From: an uncultured Chloroflexia bacterium
GTDB taxonomy: Bacteria > Chloroflexota > Limnocylindria > QHBO01
Reading direction: 5' to 3'
DNA length: 64,000 nucleotides
Assembly: GCA_963695195.1 (NCBI GenBank)
Contig: CAVOGE010000004.1
Coordinates: 24,645 to 88,644, forward strand
Part shown: positions 25,996 through 35,300 of the stretch, piece after piece
Numbering within the stretch: the first letter of the stretch is position 1
Layout: each line of letters starts with the position of its first letter
The notes under the pieces: model-generated
Seen by the model: the letters and a program-made list of their open reading frames with translations, nothing else
What the model was told of the DNA's origin: nothing
Database searches by the model: none
Program-made: the position numbers and the translations under genes

Positions 25996-27060
25996 CTAGG
26001 CGTCTGTTGCGCGATTGAACAGCTTCGCGTGCACGTCGCGCAGCCAATACCAGAACGGATCGGTCACGAGGTCGAAGAGGCCGGGGTGGCGCAGCGCCGT
26101 GCCACCGAAGGTGCGCTTGAAGTCGGAGAAGCCCTTCCAGGCGGGATCGGCTTTGTTGTCGTCCGGTTCGACGACACCCCACATGTCGACAGTCCTACAA
26201 CCATCGGCGGCGAGGGTGCGCAGCATCGCGGCCATGACCGCGTGGGCGCCATAGTGGTGCTTGTAGCGCTCGTCGCGCAGGAGAGCGCCGTAGAGGTAGT
26301 AGGCGCGGCCGGCGAGGCGCGGGAAGGCCATGGCACAGATCGGCACGCCCTCCACACGAGCGATGCCCAGGTACCAGCCGCCCGACGAGGCAAACCCCTC
26401 CGCCAGCAGGGTGAGGAATTCCGGCGAGCGGACTCGGAAGCCGCCGCCGTGCTCCGCGGTGCGGGTCAGCAGGTCGTGAAGGATGCCGATCTCGGCAGGA
26501 TCGGGGTACCGCGCGATGGTCACCTGCGTCCCTTCGCGCTCGGCGCGGCGCGAGAGGCGGCGGGCGTCGGCATGCCACGAGGCCTCGAGGTTGGCGCCGC
26601 CGTCGAGCAGGTCGATGATCCGAGTCGTCGGGGCCTGGAGATCGGGGGCGCGTCGCAGGTCGTGAGCATCGGCCAGGGCGGCGAAGTCGGTCGGGTCGCC
26701 GGGATCGGTGCGTGGGTCGAGCTTGACGACGAGGGCGTGCTCTTCGCTTGCCAGCAGGCGCAGTCCGTGGAGCATCCAGGTGAGCAGCTGGTCAGCGTTT
26801 GGAGCGGTGCGTTCCCAGACCGGGCCGTGGGCGACATAGGCAACCTGTCGGCCGAACCCGGCGGGGCGCATCAGGGCCTGCGCGACAGCGCGGATCGTGC
26901 CCTCGTCGTCGAGCACGATGCGCGCGGGCGGCTCACCGGCGAGCGCCGTGCACTCGCCCCAGGCCCACGACTGGAGAAGATCGGCCTCAGGACGCGAGCC
27001 GACGAAGGCACCCCAGGCCGGACGGTCGGCATCGGTGGCTCGGCGGACGACGGGAGGCAT
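25996..27060 (-). CDS. FemAB-family peptidoglycan peptide-bridge (aminoacyl-tRNA-dependent) transferase, paralogue 1
   Basis: 354-aa ORF with an LLQSWAWGE start region, a twin GNAT-like architecture, YLYGALLRDERYKHHYGAHAVMAAM and a C-terminal FSDFKRTFGG, all typical of the FemX/FemAB family. Confidence 0.8.
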   Translation of the reverse strand: MPPVVRRATDADRPAWGAFVGSRPEADLLQSWAWGECTALAGEPPARIVLDDEGTIRAVAQALMRPAGFGRQVAYVAHGPVWERTAPNADQLLTWMLHGLRLLASEEHALVVKLDPRTDPGDPTDFAALADAHDLRRAPDLQAPTTRIIDLLDGGANLEASWHADARRLSRRAEREGTQVTIARYPDPAEIGILHDLLTRTAEHGGGFRVRSPEFLTLLAEGFASSGGWYLGIARVEGVPICAMAFPRLAGRAYYLYGALLRDERYKHHYGAHAVMAAMLRTLAADGCRTVDMWGVVEPDDNKADPAWKGFSDFKRTFGGTALRHPGLFDLVTDPFWYWLRDVHAKLFNRATDA

Positions 27061-27070
27061 CAGGAGAAGC

Positions 27071-27604
27071 CTACCCGTTGGCTTGGCTGACGATCCGCGC
27101 GCGGAGCTCCCGGAGGTAGGCCGCCGCGCCGGGCGAGGCAGCCCAGGAAGCGGTGTACGGGGGCGCCTCCTCGTGGACGGCGCCTCCGTCCAGCGGGATC
27201 GCTCGGGCTCCCGCAGCGGCGGCCAGGCGCCCGTCGGCAGTCAGCAGCTGTGCATCGGCCGATTCGGCGAGGGCCAGGTACGCAGCGTCGTAGGCCGATA
27301 GGCCGTATCGAGCTACAACATCGATTGTGAGGAGCAACTGGGGACGATCGAGCTGCACCGATTCCAGGCCCAGGTTCTCAAGGTCGACGATCGCTTCGAG
27401 GACCAGCCCTGGCGGTTGGTGGTGGCGCCTGACAAGGACGTTGACCACCTCGAGCCAGAAGATCGATGGGACCAGCACGGCGCCGCCCGCGACGCTGCGC
27501 GCGCGGAGAATAGCTTCGGCGCGTTCGGATGTTGGTTCCTGAAGGCTGATCGCCAGCGCCGCAGATGCGTCCACCACGAGCGCACCCGGCGCGCTACGGG
27601 TCAT
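27071..27604 (-). CDS. vapC: PIN-domain toxin VapC with a roughly 45-aa C-terminal extension
   Basis: 177-aa ORF. The four PIN acidic positions are visible (LVVDASAAL, FWLEVVNVL, SAYDAAYLALAE, LLTADGRL). It overlaps the antitoxin gene by 11 nt. Confidence 0.8.
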   Translation of the reverse strand: MTRSAPGALVVDASAALAISLQEPTSERAEAILRARSVAGGAVLVPSIFWLEVVNVLVRRHHQPPGLVLEAIVDLENLGLESVQLDRPQLLLTIDVVARYGLSAYDAAYLALAESADAQLLTADGRLAAAAGARAIPLDGGAVHEEAPPYTASWAASPGAAAYLRELRARIVSQANG

Positions 27605-27890
27605 CGCGGTCCCGGTCTTGACGGATGGCTGTCACCGCGTCGGGTGCGTCGGTCGGTATGAGGCCCTCGCGTCGAAGCCATTTGCCGCGAGCCACCAGCC
27701 GGTCCAGCGCCTCGAGGCTGCGGGCGATGCGTTGCTGCTCGTCAGGCTCAAGGCGTGCCGCGTCCTCGTACGGGACCAGCAGCGCCATCGGCTTGTGATC
27801 GCGTTCGATGACGATCCGCTCGCCAGCAGATGCCGCATCCAGGATCTCGCCGAGGCGCGCGCGGAGTGCCATGGCCGTCACGCTTCTCAT
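27594..27890 (-). CDS. vapB: Phd/YefM-type antitoxin
   Basis: MRSVTAMALRARLGEILDAASAGERIVIERDHKPMALLVPYEDAARL is the Phd/YefM N-terminal fold pattern, followed by an acidic C-tail. The start may instead be the Met at 27872. Confidence 0.75.
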   Translation of the reverse strand: MRSVTAMALRARLGEILDAASAGERIVIERDHKPMALLVPYEDAARLEPDEQQRIARSLEALDRLVARGKWLRREGLIPTDAPDAVTAIRQDRDRDDP

Positions 27891-27923
27891 AGCGGATCGT
27901 TATAGTCGACTATGAGAGTACGG

Positions 27924-28997
27924 TCAAGCCGATGAGGTCCTCCGGCTGATTCTGCTGCGAAGGGAGCCCGCAAGATCACGCAGCCGGTACGTGAACGGGT
28001 CGATCACGAGGTCCCACGAGCCCGCCCACGGCACGAACTGGCCGCCGAAGCCCTTCTTGAACAGGCTGTAGCCATACCAGGCGTGCTCCGGCCCGGCCGA
28101 TTCGGGCGCCACGCCCCACAGGTCGTGGGTGCGTGCTCCCATCTCGCGGGCGGTGCGCATCATCTGCCACTGGACCGCGTACGCCGGGAATCGTTTGGTC
28201 TCGCCGGGCGCCTCGCGAACGGACCCGGCGTACAGGTAGAAGGACCGATCCCCCTCGACCACCAGGAGCGCCGCTGACCCGAGCAGACCGGCGTGCCAGG
28301 CCTGGACGATGCGGGCGCGACCCACCGACGCCAGGCCGCGCCAGATCAGGCGATAGCGCTCGAACTCGGGGAGGTGGTAGTTCGCGCGGCGCAGCGTATC
28401 GGTGACGAGGGTGTGGAGGGCAGTGAGCGACGCGGCGTCCTCCGGGTCGTCCACGAGCCGCGTGGTGACGTCTTCGCGGGCTGATCGTCGGATGGCGTAG
28501 CGCGTGTCCTTGTCGAAGGTGGCCAGCAGCGCCTCGTCATCGGGGAGGAGCCGCACGAGGCGGGTGTCGGGAGTCTGGAGCGTGGCCGCCACCTTGCGCA
28601 GCCCGGGCGCCCGGAAGAGCGCCGCGGCAGCCGACCCGGCCTCGACCCGCGGCTCAAGGCGGACCGCGATGGCCCGATCCTGGCGTGCCGCGGCGCGCAG
28701 GCCCTCGAGCATGACGCCGAGTCGCTCCCCCGCGTGCGAGTCGTCGTAGTCGAGCACGGGTCCCCGGGGGACGTACCAGAAGCTGCGGCCGAGGCTGGTG
28801 CGTCGCACCTGCGCCGCGCAGATGCCGACGAGGGCTCCTGCCTCCTCCAGAACGAAGCTGCGCCGAGGCGTGCCGTCGAAGGCGGCCACCGCGGCCCACT
28901 CCCAGTCGTGCAGGAGATCGCCGCCGGGGAGCCGCTCGAGGAGTGCCTGCCACGCGGCACCATCGGTCTCGTCCGCGTCCCGAAACACGGTGCTCAC
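27924..28997 (-). CDS. FemAB-family peptidoglycan peptide-bridge transferase, paralogue 2
   Basis: The GTG start (VSTVFRDADETDGAAWQALLERLPGGDLLHDWEWAAV...) overlaps the murE stop as GTGA. It also shows YLYAGSVREAPGETKRFPAYAVQWQMM and a C-terminal YSLFKKGFGG. The part of the track ORF upstream of 28997 is a shadow inside murE. Confidence 0.8.
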   Translation of the reverse strand: MSTVFRDADETDGAAWQALLERLPGGDLLHDWEWAAVAAFDGTPRRSFVLEEAGALVGICAAQVRRTSLGRSFWYVPRGPVLDYDDSHAGERLGVMLEGLRAAARQDRAIAVRLEPRVEAGSAAAALFRAPGLRKVAATLQTPDTRLVRLLPDDEALLATFDKDTRYAIRRSAREDVTTRLVDDPEDAASLTALHTLVTDTLRRANYHLPEFERYRLIWRGLASVGRARIVQAWHAGLLGSAALLVVEGDRSFYLYAGSVREAPGETKRFPAYAVQWQMMRTAREMGARTHDLWGVAPESAGPEHAWYGYSLFKKGFGGQFVPWAGSWDLVIDPFTYRLRDLAGSLRSRISRRTSSA

Positions 28998-30496
28998 CGG
29001 TTCGTTCGCTCGTAGCCGGCGGCGCGAAGCTCCTGGCGCGCGACCTCGGCCTCGTCCCACGGGACCGGACCGTCGGCGTACACGATCGAGTGCTCGTGGC
29101 CCTTGCCGGCGAGGAGCAGGGTGTCTCCCTGGCCTGCCGCCGCCACGGCCGCGGCGATGGCGCTGCGGCGGTCGTTGATCACCCACAGGTCCTCTCCGTC
29201 CCGCGCACCGGCGGCGTGGGCGCCGGCGGCGATCTGCGCGTTCAGGGCGTCGGGGTCCTCACCGCGCGGGTCCTCATCGGTCACGTAGACCCGATCGGCG
29301 AGCTCCGTCGCGATCCTGCCCATCACCCCCCGCTTGGTCGTGTCCCGCTCACCGGCCGAGCCGAGTACCACCGCCAGGCGCCCCGACGTGAGCGGACGCA
29401 GCACGCGCAGGACCTTCTCCAGCGCATCGGGCGAGTGGGCGTAATCGACCACCACGCCGAACGGCTGCCCCTCGTCGATCGGCTCCATGCGACCGGCCAC
29501 GCTACGGACAGACGCCAGCGAGGCGGCGGCCAGATCGGGGTCGATCCCCCACCCGATCGCCCAGGCGAACGCCGCCAGCGCGTTTTCGACGTTGAACGCG
29601 CCGACCAGCGGGATCTCGAGCTGACCACTCCCGCCGGCGGTGCGCACCGATACGGTTGAGCCGCTGGGGCGCTCGGCGACAAGCGTGCCGCGAACATCGG
29701 CCTCCGCATGTACGCCGAAGCTGACGACCCGATCACGGGCTCGTTCGCGGAAGAAGTCGTACGACGGGTCGTCGCGGTTGAGAATCGCCAGCACAGCCTC
29801 CTCGACGAGCAACGCCTTGGCCGCGCGATACGCCTCAAACGTGCCGTGGAACTCCAGGTGCTCGTGGGTCAGGTTGGTGACGATCCCGGAGCGGTAGCGG
29901 CAGTTGCGCGTTCGTCCCTGCGCCAGACCGTGGCTGCTCGACTCGATCACCGCGGTGTCGTTGCCGGCCGTGACCATGGCGGCCAGCAGCCCCTGCAGCT
30001 CGAGCGCCTCGGGCGTGGTGGCGCGGCTCAGGTTGTCGGTCGTCTCGTCACCGATGCGCTGCCAGACGGTGCCGAGCAGACCGGGACGTCGTCCGGCGGC
30101 GATCAGCAGTTGGGTGACGAGCCAGGCGACGGTCGTCTTGCCGTTCGTGCCGGTCACGCCGATCGTCTCCAGGGCCCGTGCAGGCTCGCCGAACCACAGG
30201 TCGGCGGCATCGGCGAGGGCGTGACGGCTGTTGGCGACCACCAGCTGTGGCACGCTGAGCGTTGGCCGCTCAGCCTCAACGACGACGCCGAGCGCCCCGG
30301 CCTCGATGGCCGCGTCCACGAATTCATGCCCATCGGTGTGGACGCCGGGCACCGCGAAGAAGAGCGAGCCGGGCGTGACGCGCCGCGAGTCGTAGGCCAG
30401 GCCCCGGACCTCGCCCACCGGCAGACCGACCACGCGCTCGGGACCGATCCGGTCGGCCAGCGCACCCAGACCCATCCCGCGCGTCGCTTCGCTCAT
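28994..30496 (-). CDS. murE: UDP-N-acetylmuramoyl-tripeptide synthetase (MurE)
   Basis: Internal start MSEATRGMGL..., then VRGLAYDSRRVTPGSLFFAVPGVHTDGHEF, the P-loop GVTGTNGKTT and the C-terminal Mur ligase domain. ATGA overlap with the murJ stop. Confidence 0.93.
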   Translation of the reverse strand: MSEATRGMGLGALADRIGPERVVGLPVGEVRGLAYDSRRVTPGSLFFAVPGVHTDGHEFVDAAIEAGALGVVVEAERPTLSVPQLVVANSRHALADAADLWFGEPARALETIGVTGTNGKTTVAWLVTQLLIAAGRRPGLLGTVWQRIGDETTDNLSRATTPEALELQGLLAAMVTAGNDTAVIESSSHGLAQGRTRNCRYRSGIVTNLTHEHLEFHGTFEAYRAAKALLVEEAVLAILNRDDPSYDFFRERARDRVVSFGVHAEADVRGTLVAERPSGSTVSVRTAGGSGQLEIPLVGAFNVENALAAFAWAIGWGIDPDLAAASLASVRSVAGRMEPIDEGQPFGVVVDYAHSPDALEKVLRVLRPLTSGRLAVVLGSAGERDTTKRGVMGRIATELADRVYVTDEDPRGEDPDALNAQIAAGAHAAGARDGEDLWVINDRRSAIAAAVAAAGQGDTLLLAGKGHEHSIVYADGPVPWDEAEVARQELRAAGYERTNR

Positions 30497-32091
30497 GCCT
30501 TCGCCTCCCGACCTCGACCGAAGCGGCCACGCATGAGACGGCGCATCTCCCCGAGCTCGTGGGAGCGCAGCGCGGTCGCGGCGGCAAGGTAGGTGAAGAC
30601 GCCGGCCCCGCCCAGCACCAGCAACACGAGCAGGCGACCGATCGCGTTGTCGCGCAGGCCAGCCGCCCACAGGTCCACCACCTGCAGCCCCCCGAACACG
30701 AGGAGCGCGGCGACGGCGGCGGCGGCGGCCGATCGAGCAACCGAACCGACCACCTGGGGGACCTCCAGCCCGTCGAGCCGGCCGTGGAGCGCCCAGAGGA
30801 GCCCGAGCACCTCGACGCCGGCGGTGATCGACATCGCCAGGGCCAGCCCCTCGACCCCCATCGGTCCCGAGAGCCAGATCATGAGCGGGACGTTCACGGT
30901 CACCGCCACGATCGCCCAGCCGACCGGCGTCCGCGTGTCCTGCAGCGCGTAGAAGGCGCGCGCCAGCACGTGCTGAACGGTGTGGAAGCTCAGGCCAACC
31001 GTGAAGAAGAGGAGCGCCTGGGCGGTCCGCTCGGTCGATTCGGCGCTGAACAGGCCGTACTGGAAGAAGACCGAGGTGAAGGGACCGCGCAGCACGATGA
31101 TCAGTGCGGTCAGCGGGGCGGCGATGAAGAGCAGGACGCGAACCGCCTGCGCCACCTGGGCACGGACCTCACTCACCCGGCCCAGCGCAGCGTCGCGGGA
31201 GAGGCGCGGGAAGAGGGCCACCGCCACGCTGACCCCGATCACCCCGACCGGCACCTGCATCAGCTGGAAGGCGTAGTTGTAGGCCGTTACGCTCCCCGCA
31301 GGCAGGCCGCTGGCGAGGATCGTGCTGGCGATGAAGTTGATCTGCGCCGCGGCCAGGCCGAGCATCCGCGGCCCCATCAGGCGCACCACCTGCCGAACGC
31401 CGGGGTGCGACAGGCCGATGGTGAGGTCGTAGCGCTGCCCAACGCGGCCGAGCTCCGGTAGCTGGATCACCAGGTGTGCCAGGGAGCCGATGACGACACC
31501 GACCGCCAGCCCCTCCACGCCCATCAATGGGGCCAGCACCACCGCCGCAATGATGATGGCCGCGTTGTACACGAGCGGTGCCAGCGACGGAACGGTGAAG
31601 CGCTCGTGGCTGTTGAGGATCCCGCTGACGACCGCTCCCATCCCGATGAAGACGGGGCTGAGCAGCATCACCCTGGTCATGCGAACGGTCAGTTCGGTGG
31701 TCGGCGCATCGAATCCGGGCGCCACGATGGGCACCACGATCGGCGCCAGGATGGCCATCAGCAGGCTGAACCCCGAGAGCGCGATCACGACCAGGTTGAT
31801 CACGCTGCTCGCCAACCGCCACGCCTCGGTCTCCTCGCCACGCGCGCGATAGCTGCTGAAGACCGGGATCAGCGCCGCACTGAGCGCACCGGCGACCACC
31901 AGCTGGAAGATCGCATCGGGGATGCGGAAGGCGGCAAAGTAGGCGTCGAGCTCGCGGCTGGCGCCGAATTGCGAGCCGATCACCAGCAGGCGGACCCAGC
32001 CGAGCAGCCGGCTCCCCAGCGCCGCAATGGTGAGGATCAGGCTGGCGGTGGCCAGCACGCGCCCGACGGACGGGCCGGTGCTGCCGCTCAC
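30493..32091 (-). CDS. murJ: Lipid II flippase MurJ (MviN)
   Basis: 532-aa polytopic membrane protein with the MviN pattern: ASRELDAYFAAFRIPD..., about 14 TM helices, and QLPELGRVGQRY. Confidence 0.9.
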   Translation of the reverse strand: MSGSTGPSVGRVLATASLILTIAALGSRLLGWVRLLVIGSQFGASRELDAYFAAFRIPDAIFQLVVAGALSAALIPVFSSYRARGEETEAWRLASSVINLVVIALSGFSLLMAILAPIVVPIVAPGFDAPTTELTVRMTRVMLLSPVFIGMGAVVSGILNSHERFTVPSLAPLVYNAAIIIAAVVLAPLMGVEGLAVGVVIGSLAHLVIQLPELGRVGQRYDLTIGLSHPGVRQVVRLMGPRMLGLAAAQINFIASTILASGLPAGSVTAYNYAFQLMQVPVGVIGVSVAVALFPRLSRDAALGRVSEVRAQVAQAVRVLLFIAAPLTALIIVLRGPFTSVFFQYGLFSAESTERTAQALLFFTVGLSFHTVQHVLARAFYALQDTRTPVGWAIVAVTVNVPLMIWLSGPMGVEGLALAMSITAGVEVLGLLWALHGRLDGLEVPQVVGSVARSAAAAAVAALLVFGGLQVVDLWAAGLRDNAIGRLLVLLVLGGAGVFTYLAAATALRSHELGEMRRLMRGRFGRGREAKA

Positions 32092-33083
32092 CGCGGTGGC
32101 CGTCCCGACGCGGCTCGACCCGAGCGAGGGTGGGCGGATCGGTAGGCGGATCGAAGTGACGCGTCCGACAGGTGGGTGTAGGTCTGGGTGGTGGCGAGCC
32201 GGGCGTGACCGAGCAGCTCCTGCACGGTGCGCAGGTCTGCTCCGCCCTCGAGCAGGTGCGTCGCGAACGAGTGGCGCAGCGTGTGCGGCGACGTGTTGGC
32301 CGGCACCTGCGATGCCGTCACCCAGCGATCGACCACCATCCGTGCGCCACGGTCGGTGAGCGGACCGCCCGAACTGTTGAGGAAGAGCTGCCCGGTCGCG
32401 GCGTGCGTCCCGGCCGCGGCCCGCGCCGCCAGGACCGGCCGACCCTCGGCGAGGTATCCCCGCAGGACGAGCGCCGCCGGGTCACCGAACAGCAGTTCAC
32501 GCTCCTTGGCGCCCTTCCCGATCACGCGCAGCCGACGCTGCGCCAGGTCGACGCGATCAAGCGTCAGCGACGCGAGTTCACTGATGCGCATGCCGGTCGC
32601 GTACAGCAGCTCCAGGATGGCGGCGTCACGCCGCGCGGTGGCGGCCGCTCGCTCGCCCATCGGTCCGGAGGCCGGGCGGGCTGCGAGTCCCCGCGGAGCC
32701 TCGACGAGATGCGCCGCATCTTCGACCGAGAGGACGCGCGGCAAACGGCCAGGTCGCTTCGGGGACCGCACGCCGGCCACCGGGTTGGTGCTGATCCAGC
32801 CCTGTCGGGCGGCGTGGCGGTACATCGAGCGGATCGCTGCCAGCCGGCCGCCGATCGAGGAGGCCGACAGGTCGGCATCGGCCAGCGAACTCAGGTAGGC
32901 GCGCACGGTTGCCCGGTCGGGCGACTCCCAGGAGACCGAGCGATGGGCGAGGAATTCGAGAAACTCGCCGGCGTGTCGCCGGTACTCGCGAATCGTGCCG
33001 AGCGACGCATTGCGACTGGTCAGGTGCGCCAGGAATCGCTCCAGCGGATCAGTCACGCGCGTCGCCGACTGCCACCTGCCCAT
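32088..33083 (-). CDS. xerC: Tyrosine site-specific recombinase XerC/XerD
   Basis: N-terminal SAM-like domain (LERFLAHLTSRNASLGTIREYRRHAGEFLEFL) and a catalytic domain with R..HxxR..Y (ATGMRISEL, HTLRHSFATHLLEGGADLRTVQELLGHARLATTQTYTH). The start is either the ATG at 33083 or the GTG at 33056, which would overlap the topA stop by 8 nt. Confidence 0.88.
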   Translation of the reverse strand: MGRWQSATRVTDPLERFLAHLTSRNASLGTIREYRRHAGEFLEFLAHRSVSWESPDRATVRAYLSSLADADLSASSIGGRLAAIRSMYRHAARQGWISTNPVAGVRSPKRPGRLPRVLSVEDAAHLVEAPRGLAARPASGPMGERAAATARRDAAILELLYATGMRISELASLTLDRVDLAQRRLRVIGKGAKERELLFGDPAALVLRGYLAEGRPVLAARAAAGTHAATGQLFLNSSGGPLTDRGARMVVDRWVTASQVPANTSPHTLRHSFATHLLEGGADLRTVQELLGHARLATTQTYTHLSDASLRSAYRSAHPRSGRAASGRPPR

Positions 33084-35253
33084 CCCCCGCCGCGGCCGCG
33101 GGGCGCGTCCAGACCGCGTAGTCGCAATCCGGGTAGCGGTCACAACCCCAGAACGGCCTGCGGCCGGCTCGGCCACGCTTGGTCACCACGGTCCCGGTCG
33201 AGCACTTCGGGCAGACGCCAAAGCGTTCTGCCGCCGGACGGTCCTTCTTGATGTACTTGCAGTCGGGATACCGGTTGCAGCCGACGAACGCGCCGAAGCG
33301 GCCGTGTTTCGCGACGAGCTCTCCCTGGTTGCACTCCGGGCAGGTCTCGCCCACCCCGGGCAGCACCGGCGTCTCCTCCCCCTCTTCGCCCGGCAGCGGC
33401 ATCGTGTGCTTGCACTCGGGGTAATTGCTGCACCCGAGGAACCATCCGTTGCGGCCGAAGCGCTTGATCATCATGTGGCCGCTCAGCGGGCAGGGGATGT
33501 CGGTCACCTCCACCTGCTTCGGGATCCCCTCGCGGCCGGCGGCGATCTTCTCGGCGAACGGCTCCCAGAATCGTCGCACCATCGGCACCCACTCCTGGGT
33601 CCCACTCGCCACGTTGTCGAGCTCCTCCTCCATGCGGGCCGTGAAGTCGACGTCGACCACCTCGGGAAAGTGCTCGACCAGCAGGTCGGTGACGCGCAGG
33701 GCGGACTCCTCGGGGAAGAGGCGGCGCTCCTTGATCGTGACGTAGCCGCGCGCCCGGATCGTCTCGATCGTCGGGGCATAGGTCGACGGACGTCCGATGC
33801 CGTGCTCCTCGAGCGCCTTGATCAGCGTCGCCTCGGTGAAACGCGGCGGCGGTTGAGTGAAGTGCTGTTCCGAGGTGAGCTCGACCAGGTCGAGCGGCTC
33901 GCCTTCCACCAGGCTCGGGAGCACCGTCAGTCGCTCATCCTCTTCGTCGTCGCGGCCCTCGACATAGACCGCCTGGTAGCCGTCGAAGACGCGCTTCCGG
34001 GCCCCAGCGTGAAGGGTGTAGCGATCCGCGATGACGTCCACGCCAACCTGGGCGAAGCGCGCGGGTGCCATCTGGCTGGCGATGGCGCGGCGCCAGATCA
34101 ATTCATACAGGCGCAGCTCGTCGCCCTTCAGGTGCCCCTCGAGCGACTCCGGGGTGCGCTGGAAGCTCGACGGCCGGATCGCCTCGTGCGCCTCCTGCGC
34201 GCCCCGGGTGCGTGCCCGATAGGCATTCGGGCGGGTTGGAACGAAGTCGGCGCCGAAGCGCGCGCCGATGACCTCGCGTGCGTCAGCCACTGCGCCGGCG
34301 CCGATCGACAGCGAGTCGGTGCGCATGTAGGTGATCAGACCGACCTGGCCCTCGGGCAGGGCGATCCCCTCGTACAGCCGCTGCGCCGCGCTCATGGTGC
34401 GACGCGCACCGAAGCCCAGCTTGCGCGAGGCTTCCTGTTGGAGCGTGCTGGTCGTGAAGGGTGGCGGAGCGGAGCGCTTCACCTCCTCTCGTTTGACCGT
34501 CGCAACCCGGAATTCGGCGTTCCGCAGCGCCGTCTCGTGTTCCCTCGCCTCGTCCCCAGATACGACGCGCGCCTTCTTGCCATCGATCCTGGTGAGCTCG
34601 GCCGAGAACCGTCCGGCAGCGTCGCGGCGCGACAGATCGGCGGCGAGCGACCAGTACTCCTCGGCCACGAAGCGCTCGATCTCGCGCTCGCGCTCCACGA
34701 CCAGGCGGACTGCCACACTTTGCACGCGCCCCGCCGACAGGCCGCGTCGGATCTTGCTGCTCACCAATGGGCTGAGCTTGTACCCGACCAGCCGATCGAT
34801 GATCCGTCGAGCCTGCTGCGCGTCCACAAGGTCACGGTTGATTGCGCGTGGGTGCTCGAAGGCGGCCGTAATGGCCGCCCTGGTGATCTCACTGAACGTG
34901 ACCCGACGAGTCCGTTCGGCGTCGAGCTCGGCGTATTCGGCGATGTGCCACGCGATCGACTCGCCCTCGCGGTCGAGGTCGGTGGCCAGCCACACGAGGT
35001 CGGCCCGTCGGGCCTGTTCGGCGAGCTTCTCGAGCTCCTTGCGCCGCTCCTTCAGTGGCTCGTAACGAGGAGCGAAATCGTTCTCGAGGTCGACCCCCAG
35101 GGAGCGTTGCGGAAGGTCACGAACGTGACCGTAGGATGCGGTGACGGTGTAGCCGGGGCCCAGGTATCGCTCGATCGTCTTGGCCTTGGCTGGCGACTCG
35201 ACGATCACCAGGTCGCCGTGGGAACGTGCGCTGGCGCGCTTCTTGGGGGGCAT
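33049..35253 (-). CDS. topA: DNA topoisomerase I
   Basis: 734-aa ORF with Toprim DLVIVESPAKAKTIERYLG, the active-site region and C-terminal Cys4 zinc-ribbon repeats (CPLSGH.., CPECNQG.., CPKCSTG..). Confidence 0.96.
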   Translation of the reverse strand: MPPKKRASARSHGDLVIVESPAKAKTIERYLGPGYTVTASYGHVRDLPQRSLGVDLENDFAPRYEPLKERRKELEKLAEQARRADLVWLATDLDREGESIAWHIAEYAELDAERTRRVTFSEITRAAITAAFEHPRAINRDLVDAQQARRIIDRLVGYKLSPLVSSKIRRGLSAGRVQSVAVRLVVEREREIERFVAEEYWSLAADLSRRDAAGRFSAELTRIDGKKARVVSGDEAREHETALRNAEFRVATVKREEVKRSAPPPFTTSTLQQEASRKLGFGARRTMSAAQRLYEGIALPEGQVGLITYMRTDSLSIGAGAVADAREVIGARFGADFVPTRPNAYRARTRGAQEAHEAIRPSSFQRTPESLEGHLKGDELRLYELIWRRAIASQMAPARFAQVGVDVIADRYTLHAGARKRVFDGYQAVYVEGRDDEEDERLTVLPSLVEGEPLDLVELTSEQHFTQPPPRFTEATLIKALEEHGIGRPSTYAPTIETIRARGYVTIKERRLFPEESALRVTDLLVEHFPEVVDVDFTARMEEELDNVASGTQEWVPMVRRFWEPFAEKIAAGREGIPKQVEVTDIPCPLSGHMMIKRFGRNGWFLGCSNYPECKHTMPLPGEEGEETPVLPGVGETCPECNQGELVAKHGRFGAFVGCNRYPDCKYIKKDRPAAERFGVCPKCSTGTVVTKRGRAGRRPFWGCDRYPDCDYAVWTRPAAAAGDGQVAVGDARD

Positions 35254-35300
35254 CGGTCAGGGAGTGTAGCACCCGTCCGCGGGCACCCCGGGAGGCGCGT

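Noticed and set aside
32088-33083. The tyrosine recombinase as a phage or ICE integrase.
   Set aside because: It sits in the conserved dprA-topA-xerC housekeeping context, overlaps murJ by 4 nt, and has the XerC/D-type N-terminal domain.
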